From Coriobacteriia bacterium (lineage in GTDB: Bacteria > Actinomycetota > Coriobacteriia > WRKU01 > WQUG01), in assembly GCA_009785795.1 (NCBI GenBank), contig WQVN01000001.1, forward strand, positions 25,487-89,486: DNA of 64,000 bases, in the 5' to 3' direction. A model generated the notes under the pieces. It did not search any database. It had not been told where the DNA came from and was given only the letters and a program-made list of their open reading frames with translations. Made by a program: the position numbers and the translations under genes. Shown piece after piece: positions 48,886-58,917 of the stretch. The first letter of the stretch is position 1. Each line of letters opens with the position of its first letter.

Positions 48886-50111
48886 AATACGCAATTGTAA
48901 TACTCGACGGAGCAGCTGACTACAAAATTGGACAGCTTAACAACAAGACTATTATTGAGGCTGCAACAACGCCCATTCTGGATATGATGGCACAACAAGG
49001 AATGGTAGGTCTTGCTCGCACTGTTCCAGAAGGCATGGAAGTATCCTCCAATGCAGCATGTACTTCAATTCTAGGTTATGACCCTGTTGCAAACTTCATT
49101 GGGCGCGGTGCTATTGAAGCTGCAGGACAGGGCATTGAACTTGCTCCTGACGAGATTGCCATGCGCATCAACACGCTAACTATTCTAGATGGCAACATGG
49201 CTAGCTATGCAGGCGGCAATATCTCTACTGCAGATTCCACTGCAATTGTCACGCGCCTTGCCGAACACCTTAATGACGACACTTTCACCTTTTATCCTGG
49301 CAAAGCCTATCGCCATATCTTGGTCGCCAAGGGATATCCAGAGGTAATGAACTTGAACTATACTCCCCCACACGACATTAGTGATATGCCCATTGGCCTT
49401 GATGAATTGCCAAATGGTCAAGGCGAAGATGCACGTCCACTACTCGAAATGATGGCACATGCTCATGAGATCTTGAAGGATGACCCCACGAATGCGCGCT
49501 TGGTTGAAGCGGGAGAGTTGCCCATTACCGATATCTGGCCTTTCTGGCCAGGCACTGCCTCGCAAAATCTGCAATCCTTCAAAGAAGCATATGGCTTACG
49601 AGCATCCATGACCAGCAGCGTTGACCTTTTGCGCGGTATGGCAGATCTTTTTGGCATCAACTTTTTAGAAATTGATGGCGTGACCGATGGCCTAGATAAT
49701 GATTTTGGTGCACAGGCTGACGGCGCTATTGATGCAATCAAGAATGACACTGCTGATCTGGTCATCATTCACGTCGAAGCTCCCGATGAGATGGGTCATC
49801 AAGGCGACATCGAAAAGAAGCTCAAAGCTGTTGAGCTTATTGACCACAAGATCATGAGCAGACTTTTTGCCTATGCCAAGCAACTTGAGTCAACAGAAGA
49901 TAGTCCAGGATTTCGCATTCTTGCCATGCCTGACCATTTCACCCCCATATCAAGCAGAACACACGAGGATGATCCCGTGCCCTTCTTAATCTGGGGTGAC
50001 GGCATCAAAGAAAATGGTGCCAGGGTCTACAGCGAAGAAGAAGCAATGCGCACAGGTCTTTTACTTGACCCCAACGGCTATGAGGTATTCAAGCTCTTAA
50101 CAGGCAGCTGA
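48882..50111 (+). CDS. apgM: 2,3-bisphosphoglycerate-independent phosphoglycerate mutase, archaeal-type.
   Basis: It belongs to the ApgM family (MKYAIVILDGAADY..., metalloenzyme domain). It overlaps the rsmI stop by 4 nt. Confidence 0.8.
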   Translation: MKYAIVILDGAADYKIGQLNNKTIIEAATTPILDMMAQQGMVGLARTVPEGMEVSSNAACTSILGYDPVANFIGRGAIEAAGQGIELAPDEIAMRINTLTILDGNMASYAGGNISTADSTAIVTRLAEHLNDDTFTFYPGKAYRHILVAKGYPEVMNLNYTPPHDISDMPIGLDELPNGQGEDARPLLEMMAHAHEILKDDPTNARLVEAGELPITDIWPFWPGTASQNLQSFKEAYGLRASMTSSVDLLRGMADLFGINFLEIDGVTDGLDNDFGAQADGAIDAIKNDTADLVIIHVEAPDEMGHQGDIEKKLKAVELIDHKIMSRLFAYAKQLESTEDSPGFRILAMPDHFTPISSRTHEDDPVPFLIWGDGIKENGARVYSEEEAMRTGLLLDPNGYEVFKLLTGS

Positions 50112-50150
50112 ACATTGCGCGTCGACCGATCAGAAAAGCGATAGTAACAC

Positions 50151-50561
50151 TCATAGCAGGTTCTCGCACCCGTTATTGCTTTTGCGTGGCAGATGGGACA
50201 TGTCTTCATTAGGTTCATGTTCTTCTCCTAATTTCGCGGTTATATTTTCAATATGGTCACCTACAAGCAACCATGCGTTTTTGCTTGCAGGTCGTTCAAG
50301 CACGCTATGCGTTTTGGGCGGACTTTGGCAGACACGATTCGGAACTACATTCCTGTACAACGCAATTACTTGTCCCTGCCTGTTTAAGAATGCGAGGTCA
50401 AGCGCATACTGCATGCCAAAGGTGTGTACTCCCTTACACGGAATTAGATGCAGCACATCGAAATTAAGCTGATGTTGTCTGGTGCCTAAAAGACCTTTCA
50501 TGCGTCCGTAATAACTGGTGACCGTCTTGACCTTCATGCATGTTTTATGTGTTCTGCTCAT
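50151..50561 (-). CDS. DUF192-family protein (COG1430) at the distal end of the Tad operon.
   Basis: The ORF is 136 aa and reads like DUF192 (CKGVHTFGMQYALDLAFL). Confidence 0.6.
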   Translation of the reverse strand: MSRTHKTCMKVKTVTSYYGRMKGLLGTRQHQLNFDVLHLIPCKGVHTFGMQYALDLAFLNRQGQVIALYRNVVPNRVCQSPPKTHSVLERPASKNAWLLVGDHIENITAKLGEEHEPNEDMSHLPRKSNNGCENLL

Positions 50562-50999
50562 TTATAGTCCTGTGCTCCAAAAAATGTTCAAACTTTTTTC
50601 GCGCGTCAGAAACTCTGGTGAGCTTGCAGCTGCACTTGCAAAAATGCGTGTCGCAAACAACTCGTATTCAAATGTAAAGTGCAGTGTTCTCTTTTGCAGA
50701 AATAGTTCACCGCTGCTCTCAACATGTACCTGAATCCTATAAGGACCTTTTGATCCTTTGTCATATCCCATAGCCTCATCAAGCACCTGACCTGCTATCG
50801 CTACCGGATCTTCACTCGATGTCACCAATGCGCGCGCAACTTCATTTACGGAACGATCAAAGCGTGCTGCCTCTGCAAAAAACATGCCCACATTCACTAT
50901 GATTGCTAACACTAGCAACACACAGGGGATCAGCATGACCAATTCTGCCGTCATCTGTCCGCACTCGCAGCGAAGCCGCTTCAAACAAGGCAACATCAT
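50562..50999 (-). CDS. TadE/TadF-like pseudopilin.
   Basis: Its N-terminus is GQMTAELVMLIPCVLLVLAII, the TadE-like signature. Confidence 0.65.
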   Translation of the reverse strand: MMLPCLKRLRCECGQMTAELVMLIPCVLLVLAIIVNVGMFFAEAARFDRSVNEVARALVTSSEDPVAIAGQVLDEAMGYDKGSKGPYRIQVHVESSGELFLQKRTLHFTFEYELFATRIFASAAASSPEFLTREKSLNIFWSTGL

Positions 51000-53140
51000 C
51001 GAAATCCCAGCGCGACGAAGAGTTCTTGCTCTCTGCCTCGAACAGACTCGAAAGCAGTGCTTGCCATATTTTGCACTGTCTGACTAAAGGGTAGTGGAAT
51101 ACTGACTCCCAATACGCGAACTTGCATCAGCTCTTCAATGCGACTACCAACATCTGCATCAAGTTCATTAATCATGCCACTTATAGCTTCGCGCATACCT
51201 GCAATTGAAGCACCTCCACTTTGCTCAAGCCCCTCTTTTGCTGTAGCAACCGATTGGACAAAGCTGCCTTCAAATCCTGACGCATTGATATCTCCAACAT
51301 CTGAAGTACTGACTAGTGTTGGCATAGGTCTACGCAAATCTGGAGCACTTATCTGAGCTGTATCAAAGAATGATCGTAGGCTGCTCGTTGCAATGCTGTC
51401 CAAGCCAAAAGGCAATCCCAGCATTAAGCGCTCAATTTGTGCACTGCCATCTGCATGCATCTGTAGGCAACTGCCCCAGATGCTTAAGGCAAATCCAATA
51501 ACCGATCCTGCAAAGCTATCATCCTCACCACCTAAAAGTTCATGTGTCACGCCTGCAAAGCCCTCTACTCCTGCACTATCTGCCATATCAGCAGACTGTG
51601 ACAACAAGCTGGGAATCGTTGACTCGCCACCTGATGGCATGAGGCGTGCACCTGCCATTGCCATCTGCCTACCTAAAACAACATCCTCGGAAGCGGTCAA
51701 AACTGGCAGTGTAAATGCTGGCAGTTCACGCTGCCCTGATGACACAACAACACAAATGTAGCCCCGCGCACCAGCAGGTGTGTAACTTAAGCGATTGCCT
51801 ATCAAAAATGATTTCGACTCTTCAAGCAATAAATCAAATGCATCCTGCGTTCTTTCACGAACCTGATCTTGTTCAAGCTCAATTGATTCTGTCGCCTGAT
51901 ACCACCAACGCAGTGCTGCTGCCTCAAAGTTCCAAGATTGGACGTACTCTGCCAATTGTTGTTCCCATACTTGCAAGGCGCGCCAATGCGGAGGTTCGCA
52001 CAATACGCAGGGTGGATGGTCAACATCACCAGCGACATAACTTAAGGTGCGCGTGCGCAATTCTGCTGTTGAGCCTGCAAGCCCAAAGCAATTCGGATTG
52101 CTGTGATATGCTCTACGATCACCATCAGCACGTTCTAGCACGTAGATGCGTTGTCCGCGTTCGCTACCAAGCAAGTCACTCATGCTAATATCTGCAACAT
52201 CGGCAGCCTCTGTCGCGGCCGCTCTATCTAAAATCACATGGACTTGTTCATCCACGGACTGTCCTATGCGACGATAGTCCTGCAGATAGCGCTCTTGCAG
52301 GCGGTCACGGTTAATCTGTGTGTTATCAATCGGCACAGGACCATCAATCACTGGTATTGACTGCGCCTGTAATTCTCCCCACCCGCGAGCAAAATCGTCA
52401 ATAGCAGACAAAGGATTCCAATGAGCCCTACTAGTTCCTGGCAGCAAAAAGACATTTAGTCGGAAACATTCATCAACGGCCGCCTCGACATCGCCCTCTA
52501 ATCGCTTGATTTCATGGGCAGACTCGGTATTTTCTTTGCCTGCCCTTGTCACTTCTTGTAGTAACTGGTCTGCATCACCAGAAGAATTTGTCAATTCAAC
52601 TTTTCCGCGCAAAGGAAAGGGTACTGCTATCGCTGTATAGGCTGTACCATTAAAGTCCCCCAACAGTCGCGAATTTTCCGTTGCCGAATAATAGCTGGTC
52701 GCCATTGCCAAATAAGGAGTTGCCTCGCTAACCACAGATGCCAACTGATAGGCATGTTGTGCAAATTCACGCCGCTTTTTGCAGTATCGATAATTGAAGT
52801 CAACTATCCGTTCAAGAAAAGGCGTCGCGGCCACACCTCCAACAGGTGCCGAAAGCACCGTTAGCAAGCCTGCCACAATCGTTATTGCATGAAGCACTAA
52901 TCCAAATAAATTTGCCGTAAGTAACATAGCATCGAGAGCTTGAATTAGCATGACAGACTGCGCTGTTACATCAGCTGCTGCCAAAGCCCCAATGTCTGCC
53001 ACAACTTGAATATCTGAAGAGGTCGAGTTTGTCCAGTACCACTGCACGCTGGATGCTAGTAACACCACACTGAGCATAATACCTAGCACCATCGTTAATG
53101 ATGTTGAACCTTCTTCATTTTTGAACCATGAAAGCCTCAT
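50996..53140 (-). CDS. Large (714 aa) TadG-like membrane-anchored protein.
   Basis: It has an N-terminal Tad_N-like segment (EEGSTSLTMVLGIMLSVVLLA) and a long soluble region with no other domain I recognise. Confidence 0.6.
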   Translation of the reverse strand: MRLSWFKNEEGSTSLTMVLGIMLSVVLLASSVQWYWTNSTSSDIQVVADIGALAAADVTAQSVMLIQALDAMLLTANLFGLVLHAITIVAGLLTVLSAPVGGVAATPFLERIVDFNYRYCKKRREFAQHAYQLASVVSEATPYLAMATSYYSATENSRLLGDFNGTAYTAIAVPFPLRGKVELTNSSGDADQLLQEVTRAGKENTESAHEIKRLEGDVEAAVDECFRLNVFLLPGTSRAHWNPLSAIDDFARGWGELQAQSIPVIDGPVPIDNTQINRDRLQERYLQDYRRIGQSVDEQVHVILDRAAATEAADVADISMSDLLGSERGQRIYVLERADGDRRAYHSNPNCFGLAGSTAELRTRTLSYVAGDVDHPPCVLCEPPHWRALQVWEQQLAEYVQSWNFEAAALRWWYQATESIELEQDQVRERTQDAFDLLLEESKSFLIGNRLSYTPAGARGYICVVVSSGQRELPAFTLPVLTASEDVVLGRQMAMAGARLMPSGGESTIPSLLSQSADMADSAGVEGFAGVTHELLGGEDDSFAGSVIGFALSIWGSCLQMHADGSAQIERLMLGLPFGLDSIATSSLRSFFDTAQISAPDLRRPMPTLVSTSDVGDINASGFEGSFVQSVATAKEGLEQSGGASIAGMREAISGMINELDADVGSRIEELMQVRVLGVSIPLPFSQTVQNMASTAFESVRGREQELFVALGFR

Positions 53141-53166
53141 GATTACTGCACCATCCTTATCTGTCC

Positions 53167-53757
53167 TTACCTATTAGGAACAAACCCGAACTGTTGGGGA
53201 GCATTCTGTGGTGTCCCTTCAACCCCTTGTTGTGTGCCACGCACGACAGCATGACCAGTGACTTCAACATTCTGATTTATGCTTGCTCCTACTAAAAATC
53301 CCATCAATGGCAATGGTTCTTGCTTTAGCGAAACACTTACTTCTATGACTTCTGAGCGCGAATTGCCACTAACCTCAACCTGCAATGTTCCGGGAATCCA
53401 AAAAGCATCGCCCCTCGGCAGACCCGCTAATCTATCTGCTGCATAACTGTGCAATAATCCGTCCTGTCCATGACCTGTTTCTTCGTCTTTTGTCGCCACA
53501 ATTCGACCAATTCCTACCGCGACCTGTCCCAATGTCATCTGTGTGTATAAATAGATAGCAGGCTGTATCATCATTAGGATAAGCACGCACATGATTAGGA
53601 TGACCCAGGGCAACTCTGCAAGAGCTTGTCCTTTTTCATTTTGTCGCAGCTTTGCAAGAATCTGCCCTTTAGCGTCTTGCCATAACTTTATACAGGTCTG
53701 TCCGTTTTCGCGCCGTACTTTAAACGAAACTAGTGCATGATTAGATCCTTTAGCCAT
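53167..53757 (-). CDS. tadE: TadE-like pseudopilin.
   Basis: It has GQALAELPWVILIMCVLILMMIQ. Its N-terminal leader contains a short duplicated KGQxLAxL unit. Confidence 0.65.
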   Translation of the reverse strand: MAKGSNHALVSFKVRRENGQTCIKLWQDAKGQILAKLRQNEKGQALAELPWVILIMCVLILMMIQPAIYLYTQMTLGQVAVGIGRIVATKDEETGHGQDGLLHSYAADRLAGLPRGDAFWIPGTLQVEVSGNSRSEVIEVSVSLKQEPLPLMGFLVGASINQNVEVTGHAVVRGTQQGVEGTPQNAPQQFGFVPNR

Positions 53758-53951
53758 TGACCACTAACCCCCGTTCCTGCAGGTGGCAATGAATAAGGTG
53801 CATGTAGGTACGTTCGCGAACTGTGCGTATCTGCATTGGACTCTGCTGCACTAAAATAGCTGAGCAAGGCTGCCCCAGCCAGCACCACAGCAAGGCTCAC
53901 AAGCAGCGCAATAACATACTCTGCATTCGCCTGCCCACTTTCATTGCGCAT
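53730..53951 (-). CDS. flp: Flp-family pilin or pseudopilin (second copy).
   Basis: It has the G/QANAEYVIALLVSLAVVLAG Flp prepilin motif. Its start overlaps the stop of the upstream flp in a TGATG junction. Confidence 0.6.
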   Translation of the reverse strand: MRNESGQANAEYVIALLVSLAVVLAGAALLSYFSAAESNADTHSSRTYLHAPYSLPPAGTGVSGQWLKDLIMH

Positions 53952-54145
53952 CACGCAATGCCGCCCAATTGACTGGTTATGCTTTCCCACACATTTACCA
54001 GTTGCTCATGAAACGCAATCGCTAGAATGATGCAAGCAATCACAATGACCGCTAGAATAATGACGTACTCTGAAACCCCTTGTCCGCAGTCCTTGCGCAC
54101 ATAACTCAAGCCTCTTGCCATGCAACTCAAAACCATATCTCTCAT
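53951..54145 (-). CDS. flp: Flp pilin.
   Basis: The ORF is 64 aa. It has the Flp prepilin motif G/QGVSEYVIILAVIVIA followed by a hydrophobic helix. Confidence 0.75.
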   Translation of the reverse strand: MRDMVLSCMARGLSYVRKDCGQGVSEYVIILAVIVIACIILAIAFHEQLVNVWESITSQLGGIA

Positions 54146-54273
54146 AAAGCTTTCCTCTCATCTTATTGTTATGACTACCTAACCAGCTTTGATGCTTCTG
54201 ATGAATGAACATTGTTTCTGAAAGCAACGTGCAGCACCTATACGTAAGGCTTCAAGAACAACACTCGGCTTCA

Positions 54274-55089
54274 TCAGAAATTGCCCATTCCGGTTAGAAC
54301 TTGTGCCATGATTGGTCCCATCAGCAAGATTAATACTGCTGGTACGATGCATAAGCCTAGCGGAGCCAGAATTTTCACGGGAGTCTTTGCAATGCGCTCT
54401 TCGAGGCGTGCAATACGATATTCGCGCACATCCCGAGAAAAGGTTCCCAGCACAGTTCCCAGTGGTGAGCCCAGAGAAAATGCCTGACGTAAAGCATTCA
54501 CAAATCGCAGTACCGCCTCTTCCTGTAGTGAGTCTGCAAGCTGTTCAAAGGCCTTCATGCGCGAAAGCATTCCTGCCTGATACACCTGCTCTGCGCGACG
54601 AAACTCGTCTGCAAGTGGCGTATCATAGCGCGATAAATACCAGTCAAAAGCCTGGTCAACAGACAATCCTGCACCCAAAGCAAGCAGCAAAATATCAATC
54701 ATCTCGGGCAAGTCGTTTACACAACTATCGCGCAAAGCCTGTGCCTGTCGCTGCTCTATCTTCGATACAATAGGTTTCGCAAATACGCGGACTACAGGAA
54801 GCTCAACCGCTACATTTATTGCCTGATTCAAGCTATTTATTGCATCAGAAAAACCTGCAACACTCACGCCTCTGTCCTGCTTGACTTTGTGTACGGTAAG
54901 CACAGCACCATTACTGTCAATGCTTCCTATTCCCTTAAGGTCATGCAAGCTCTTGCGCTGTTTGCGCGTATGACTTTCGTCAAATTGAAACAGACAGTAT
55001 GCCATCATGCTGACAAGCACAGCTACAGCACTTACGCATATAAGACCCAAAATAAGACCTTGGATCTCTAGATTCGTCAGACTAAACAT
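54274..55089 (-). CDS. tadC: Tad pilus inner-membrane platform protein TadC (T2SSF domain).
   Basis: It has the T2SSF fold with TM helices. Confidence 0.75.
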   Translation of the reverse strand: MFSLTNLEIQGLILGLICVSAVAVLVSMMAYCLFQFDESHTRKQRKSLHDLKGIGSIDSNGAVLTVHKVKQDRGVSVAGFSDAINSLNQAINVAVELPVVRVFAKPIVSKIEQRQAQALRDSCVNDLPEMIDILLLALGAGLSVDQAFDWYLSRYDTPLADEFRRAEQVYQAGMLSRMKAFEQLADSLQEEAVLRFVNALRQAFSLGSPLGTVLGTFSRDVREYRIARLEERIAKTPVKILAPLGLCIVPAVLILLMGPIMAQVLTGMGNF

Positions 55090-56173
55090 GGATATTTACC
55101 ACCGAGCGAACCCATAAGAATCCAACAACTACCAATCCTATCGCCAGAACAAACAGCATTTGTCCTCCCGCAGTGCTTAGCCACAAACCCAAATATCCTG
55201 GCATCATCAGTGAGAGTAGCCCAATCAAGATAAAGGGAATGCTGCCCACTAAACGCACAGAGCTTCTTCCCTGTGCCGTTTGAACCTTTAGCTTCTTGTT
55301 CAGCATCAAATCCTGCCGAATGGAGGTCGCCAGCTCTTCAAGTAACGCAGGGGCACTTCCTCCAATTTGGGCAGTAATATCTATGACCGCTGCCACTGAT
55401 TTAAGTTCGCGGAGTTCTGTTGCACCTGCCATATCATGTAAACTTTTTGAATAATTGCGCCCTAAGCTTGCATCTGCATCAAGGCGTCGCAGCACATCAA
55501 TTGTCGGACTATCTTCACTTTGCCCATCAAGAACAAAACGTAATGCCTGTGAAAACGATCTGCCAGCACGCAAGGATTGTGCTAGTTCATCCAACATGTC
55601 AGGAATTGCTGCACGTAGTGCCTGGCGTCGCCCATCTGCACAAGCCTGCACATAAACCAAGCTACCTATCACCATAAGCACAGCCATAGCAATGGATAAC
55701 AAAGGTGAGCCTAGGGCAACACCCAGTATCATGAACAACAGCAGAACAGCAAGCCACCATTGCAAAACAGCCTCGATATGCTCTACAAAGCCTGCTTGTT
55801 CCAACAATCGCAAGAATCGTCTGCCTGCAACACTATGCTCGCACAATGTTCGGCATGGTCCACTTGTCTTACTCCCCCACAGGGGACGCTTCCACAGGGA
55901 TAAAGTTACACCTTCTCTGCTGCCTGTTTCACTATTAGCAAGCATTGCCTCTGAAGCTATTTTGCCTTGCAGGCGCAGGCGCAATTGCTGCTCATCGCGC
56001 TGTGCTTGTGCTACATCAAAAAGCATTGACGCGAGGGTACTAACCGCGTACCAAGTGCAACCCACCGCACATGCAGCAACGGTAATCCAAAAGAACTGTG
56101 CCAGTACTCCATTCAGCACTCCAAGCTCAAGATTAAGCATGTGCAATCTCCTCTCGCCACAGTGCAAGTTCAT
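55082..56173 (-). CDS. tadB: Tad pilus inner-membrane platform protein TadB (T2SSF domain).
   Basis: It has the T2SSF fold and overlaps tadC and tadA. Confidence 0.75.
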   Translation of the reverse strand: MNLHCGERRLHMLNLELGVLNGVLAQFFWITVAACAVGCTWYAVSTLASMLFDVAQAQRDEQQLRLRLQGKIASEAMLANSETGSREGVTLSLWKRPLWGSKTSGPCRTLCEHSVAGRRFLRLLEQAGFVEHIEAVLQWWLAVLLLFMILGVALGSPLLSIAMAVLMVIGSLVYVQACADGRRQALRAAIPDMLDELAQSLRAGRSFSQALRFVLDGQSEDSPTIDVLRRLDADASLGRNYSKSLHDMAGATELRELKSVAAVIDITAQIGGSAPALLEELATSIRQDLMLNKKLKVQTAQGRSSVRLVGSIPFILIGLLSLMMPGYLGLWLSTAGGQMLFVLAIGLVVVGFLWVRSVVNIHV

Positions 56174-57491
56174 TAGAGTCTGTTACATTTTGAACAAGCA
56201 GCGAATCAACAAAAGTTGGCACTGCAAGGAATCTTGACTGTCCCAATACTGCACCATCATCACCCATTCCTGTCTGTTCAAAACAGTAGATTGGGCGCAA
56301 GTAATATCCTTGCTTACGCCTTGTAGCAATATCGTGCACGTTGTCAGCATGAACAGAATCTGCCACTTTGCTGTCATCACCATTCGACTGGCCATCATCT
56401 GTGCACAGCTCTACCACTTCAATTATTCGGCGTTTGCCATCAGAACAGCGTTGTACATGCACTATAAGATCAAGAGCAGCAGCAATTTGCGCCTCGATTT
56501 GTGTCTGCGATTGATTTGTTCCATAGCCAACCATAGTAATGAGCCTTGTAATAACCTCATGTGGAGTATTCGCATGAAGCGTCGTCAGTGAACCATCATG
56601 TCCCGTATTCATTGCTTGCAGCATTTCGAGTGCTTCAGCGCCACGTACCTCGCCCACAACAATGCGATCAGGACGCATACGCAAGCTATTAATTACCAAG
56701 TCGCGCATGGATATCTCACCCTGCCCTTCAAGATTTGGCGGACGTGCTTCTAAGCGCAGTACATGCGGATGTGCAGAAAATTTCAATTCCGCAGAATCCT
56801 CAATAGTGATAATGCGTTCATCTGCAGGAATTTCTAAAGACAGGGCATTAAGTAATGTTGTCTTGCCACTGCCCGTTCCCCCACTGACAGCAATATTCTG
56901 TCCACTTGCAACGGCCCAACTAAGCAGAGTCGCCAGCCGTGCATCAACACTATTCATCGTCGCTAGCTCATTTAGTGAAAAGGTAAAATCGCTAAACTTG
57001 CGAATTGTCAACAAAGGCCCACTTAGAGACACCGGTGGTATTATCGCGTTAACACGATGCCCTGCAGCAAGACGCCCATTGACCATAGGATTTTGTTCGT
57101 CAATGCGTCGTCCGATAGGCGATATTATTCGGTCAATTGCAGTACGCAACTGCTCTTCACTGCCATAACTATCGGGACTTAAGATTATCTTGCCCTCGCG
57201 CTCAAAGAATATCCTGTCCTCACCATTTACCATGATTTCTGTGACACTGGGATCTGCAAGGAGTGAATCAATGACGCCCAATCCCAGCACTTCACTTGCC
57301 GTAAGTGCGACTAATCTATCACGCTGTTCTCGTGACTTAAATCGTACAGATCCTGTCTGCGCAAGCCTGCGTAAAACTTCTTCAACTTCTTTTCGTGCCA
57401 TGTCGCTATCTGCTTTTAGCAGCGCAGCAATGCGCTCAGGACTGAAAATTTGATACAGTTCGGACTTAAGCTGTTCGATATTCTGGCGCAC
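56133..57491 (-). CDS. tadA: Tad secretion ATPase TadA/CpaF.
   Basis: It has a GGTGSGKTTLLNALS Walker A motif and belongs to the VirB11/CpaF family. Confidence 0.9.
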   Translation of the reverse strand: MRQNIEQLKSELYQIFSPERIAALLKADSDMARKEVEEVLRRLAQTGSVRFKSREQRDRLVALTASEVLGLGVIDSLLADPSVTEIMVNGEDRIFFEREGKIILSPDSYGSEEQLRTAIDRIISPIGRRIDEQNPMVNGRLAAGHRVNAIIPPVSLSGPLLTIRKFSDFTFSLNELATMNSVDARLATLLSWAVASGQNIAVSGGTGSGKTTLLNALSLEIPADERIITIEDSAELKFSAHPHVLRLEARPPNLEGQGEISMRDLVINSLRMRPDRIVVGEVRGAEALEMLQAMNTGHDGSLTTLHANTPHEVITRLITMVGYGTNQSQTQIEAQIAAALDLIVHVQRCSDGKRRIIEVVELCTDDGQSNGDDSKVADSVHADNVHDIATRRKQGYYLRPIYCFEQTGMGDDGAVLGQSRFLAVPTFVDSLLVQNVTDSNELALWREEIAHA

Positions 57492-58917
57492 GACGCAACA
57501 ACCCCCTTTGCCCTTTCTCTTTTCTGGTCAGCCTTCTATTGCCAGTTTCGCCAGATGCAATTGTTCTTTTCGCTGATAAAAGTCGTGTTCCGCCCTCACG
57601 ACGCATCGCATGACGAACTGCAGCCGTATCATGCAAGACTAAATCACTGCGCACTGCAAGTTCATCCAAGATGCCCATAATCTCTGCTGTCAAAGTGCTG
57701 TTCTGAAAGGCCTTATCTATCTGGCCACTATCAAGACTTACCGCAAGTTCACGTCCCGAATCGTGTATGCACATCACTTTATCGACCAGTAAAACTTCTG
57801 CAACCTCTTGCGCGCGAAGTCCCGATTGTTGCATACGGTTCATCACAAACAGCAGTCGTGAAACTGGTATGCCTAGCCTGCGGCACAAGTCCTTCAATTT
57901 GGCAGTTGCTCGCACTCCTACCACAGATTGATCAAAAACACAGATAGCAATATCACTGTGTTCGAGCAATTCCCCATGAAATAGCGTCCAGTAGGCACCT
58001 GTATTCACAACAATCAATTCATAATCATGACGCAGACGCTCTAATGCTGCAGGTAAGACCTGCGCTAGAGCCTCAGCTTTTTCAGGAATTGCACGAGGAG
58101 CATATAACGACAGATTTGATGCGAGCTGCCTGCCAAATCTACGATGAGCATTCTGCTCTGCCCCATTGCTTACAGTTAGCGCTTCGAAAAGTTCAGAAAG
58201 ATCACAGCTCTCGTCTGCAAAAGTTTCATGTATACGCTGTTTTCCTGTAGAGCCAAATAAAAATCCCAAATCACCAAATTGCAAATCAAGGTCAAGTACA
58301 GCCGTATTAATATTCATCTGAGCAGCCAGGTAAGCAAGTGCGCAGCTAATCGTTGATCTGCCTGCACCACCGCGCGCACCGATCAAAGGAACAACTACTG
58401 CCCTATGTACATCCTTGTCACTAGAAGGCGATATCTGTACCGCCCCATTTCCAGCGCTAACAGCACTGGCCGATTCAGTCAAGCGCTCAAGCAGAAGTTC
58501 AAGTTCTGTCACAGATGCTTGACGTGAAATGGTCGCCCTAGCACCCGCAAGCATTGCCCGTTGAACATAGTCAACGTCATTGACCTCAGTCACCACAATA
58601 ATTCCCAGATTAGGGTGTGACAGGCGAATGGCATCACACAAGTTCAAAGGTGAAATATCAGAAATTAGCTTGTCAATAATTACTATTCGCTGCGTTGTTG
58701 GATCATCAAGTGCAAGCGCGCGAAAACATTCAGCGCCACTGCGAAAAGTATGCACTAAGCGCACTGCGCCATTGGTCATAAGTCCCGCAACCTCAAGAGG
58801 AAAATGTTTGTCCGAACTTACAACTGTCAGCACGTCCAACATAATCTTACTCATCCAATTCCGTATCATCTGCTGTGAATGCAGCTGCTGGCAAAACCAA
58901 ATGGATTGCACCTGCAC
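57466..58917 (-). CDS. tadZ: TadZ/CpaE: a receiver-like domain fused to a MinD/ParA-type ATPase.
   Basis: It has a deviant Walker A motif, GARGGAGRST, and an N-terminal pseudo-receiver domain. Confidence 0.8.
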   Translation of the reverse strand: MQVQSIWFCQQLHSQQMIRNWMSKIMLDVLTVVSSDKHFPLEVAGLMTNGAVRLVHTFRSGAECFRALALDDPTTQRIVIIDKLISDISPLNLCDAIRLSHPNLGIIVVTEVNDVDYVQRAMLAGARATISRQASVTELELLLERLTESASAVSAGNGAVQISPSSDKDVHRAVVVPLIGARGGAGRSTISCALAYLAAQMNINTAVLDLDLQFGDLGFLFGSTGKQRIHETFADESCDLSELFEALTVSNGAEQNAHRRFGRQLASNLSLYAPRAIPEKAEALAQVLPAALERLRHDYELIVVNTGAYWTLFHGELLEHSDIAICVFDQSVVGVRATAKLKDLCRRLGIPVSRLLFVMNRMQQSGLRAQEVAEVLLVDKVMCIHDSGRELAVSLDSGQIDKAFQNSTLTAEIMGILDELAVRSDLVLHDTAAVRHAMRREGGTRLLSAKRTIASGETGNRRLTRKEKGQRGLLRRAPEYRTA

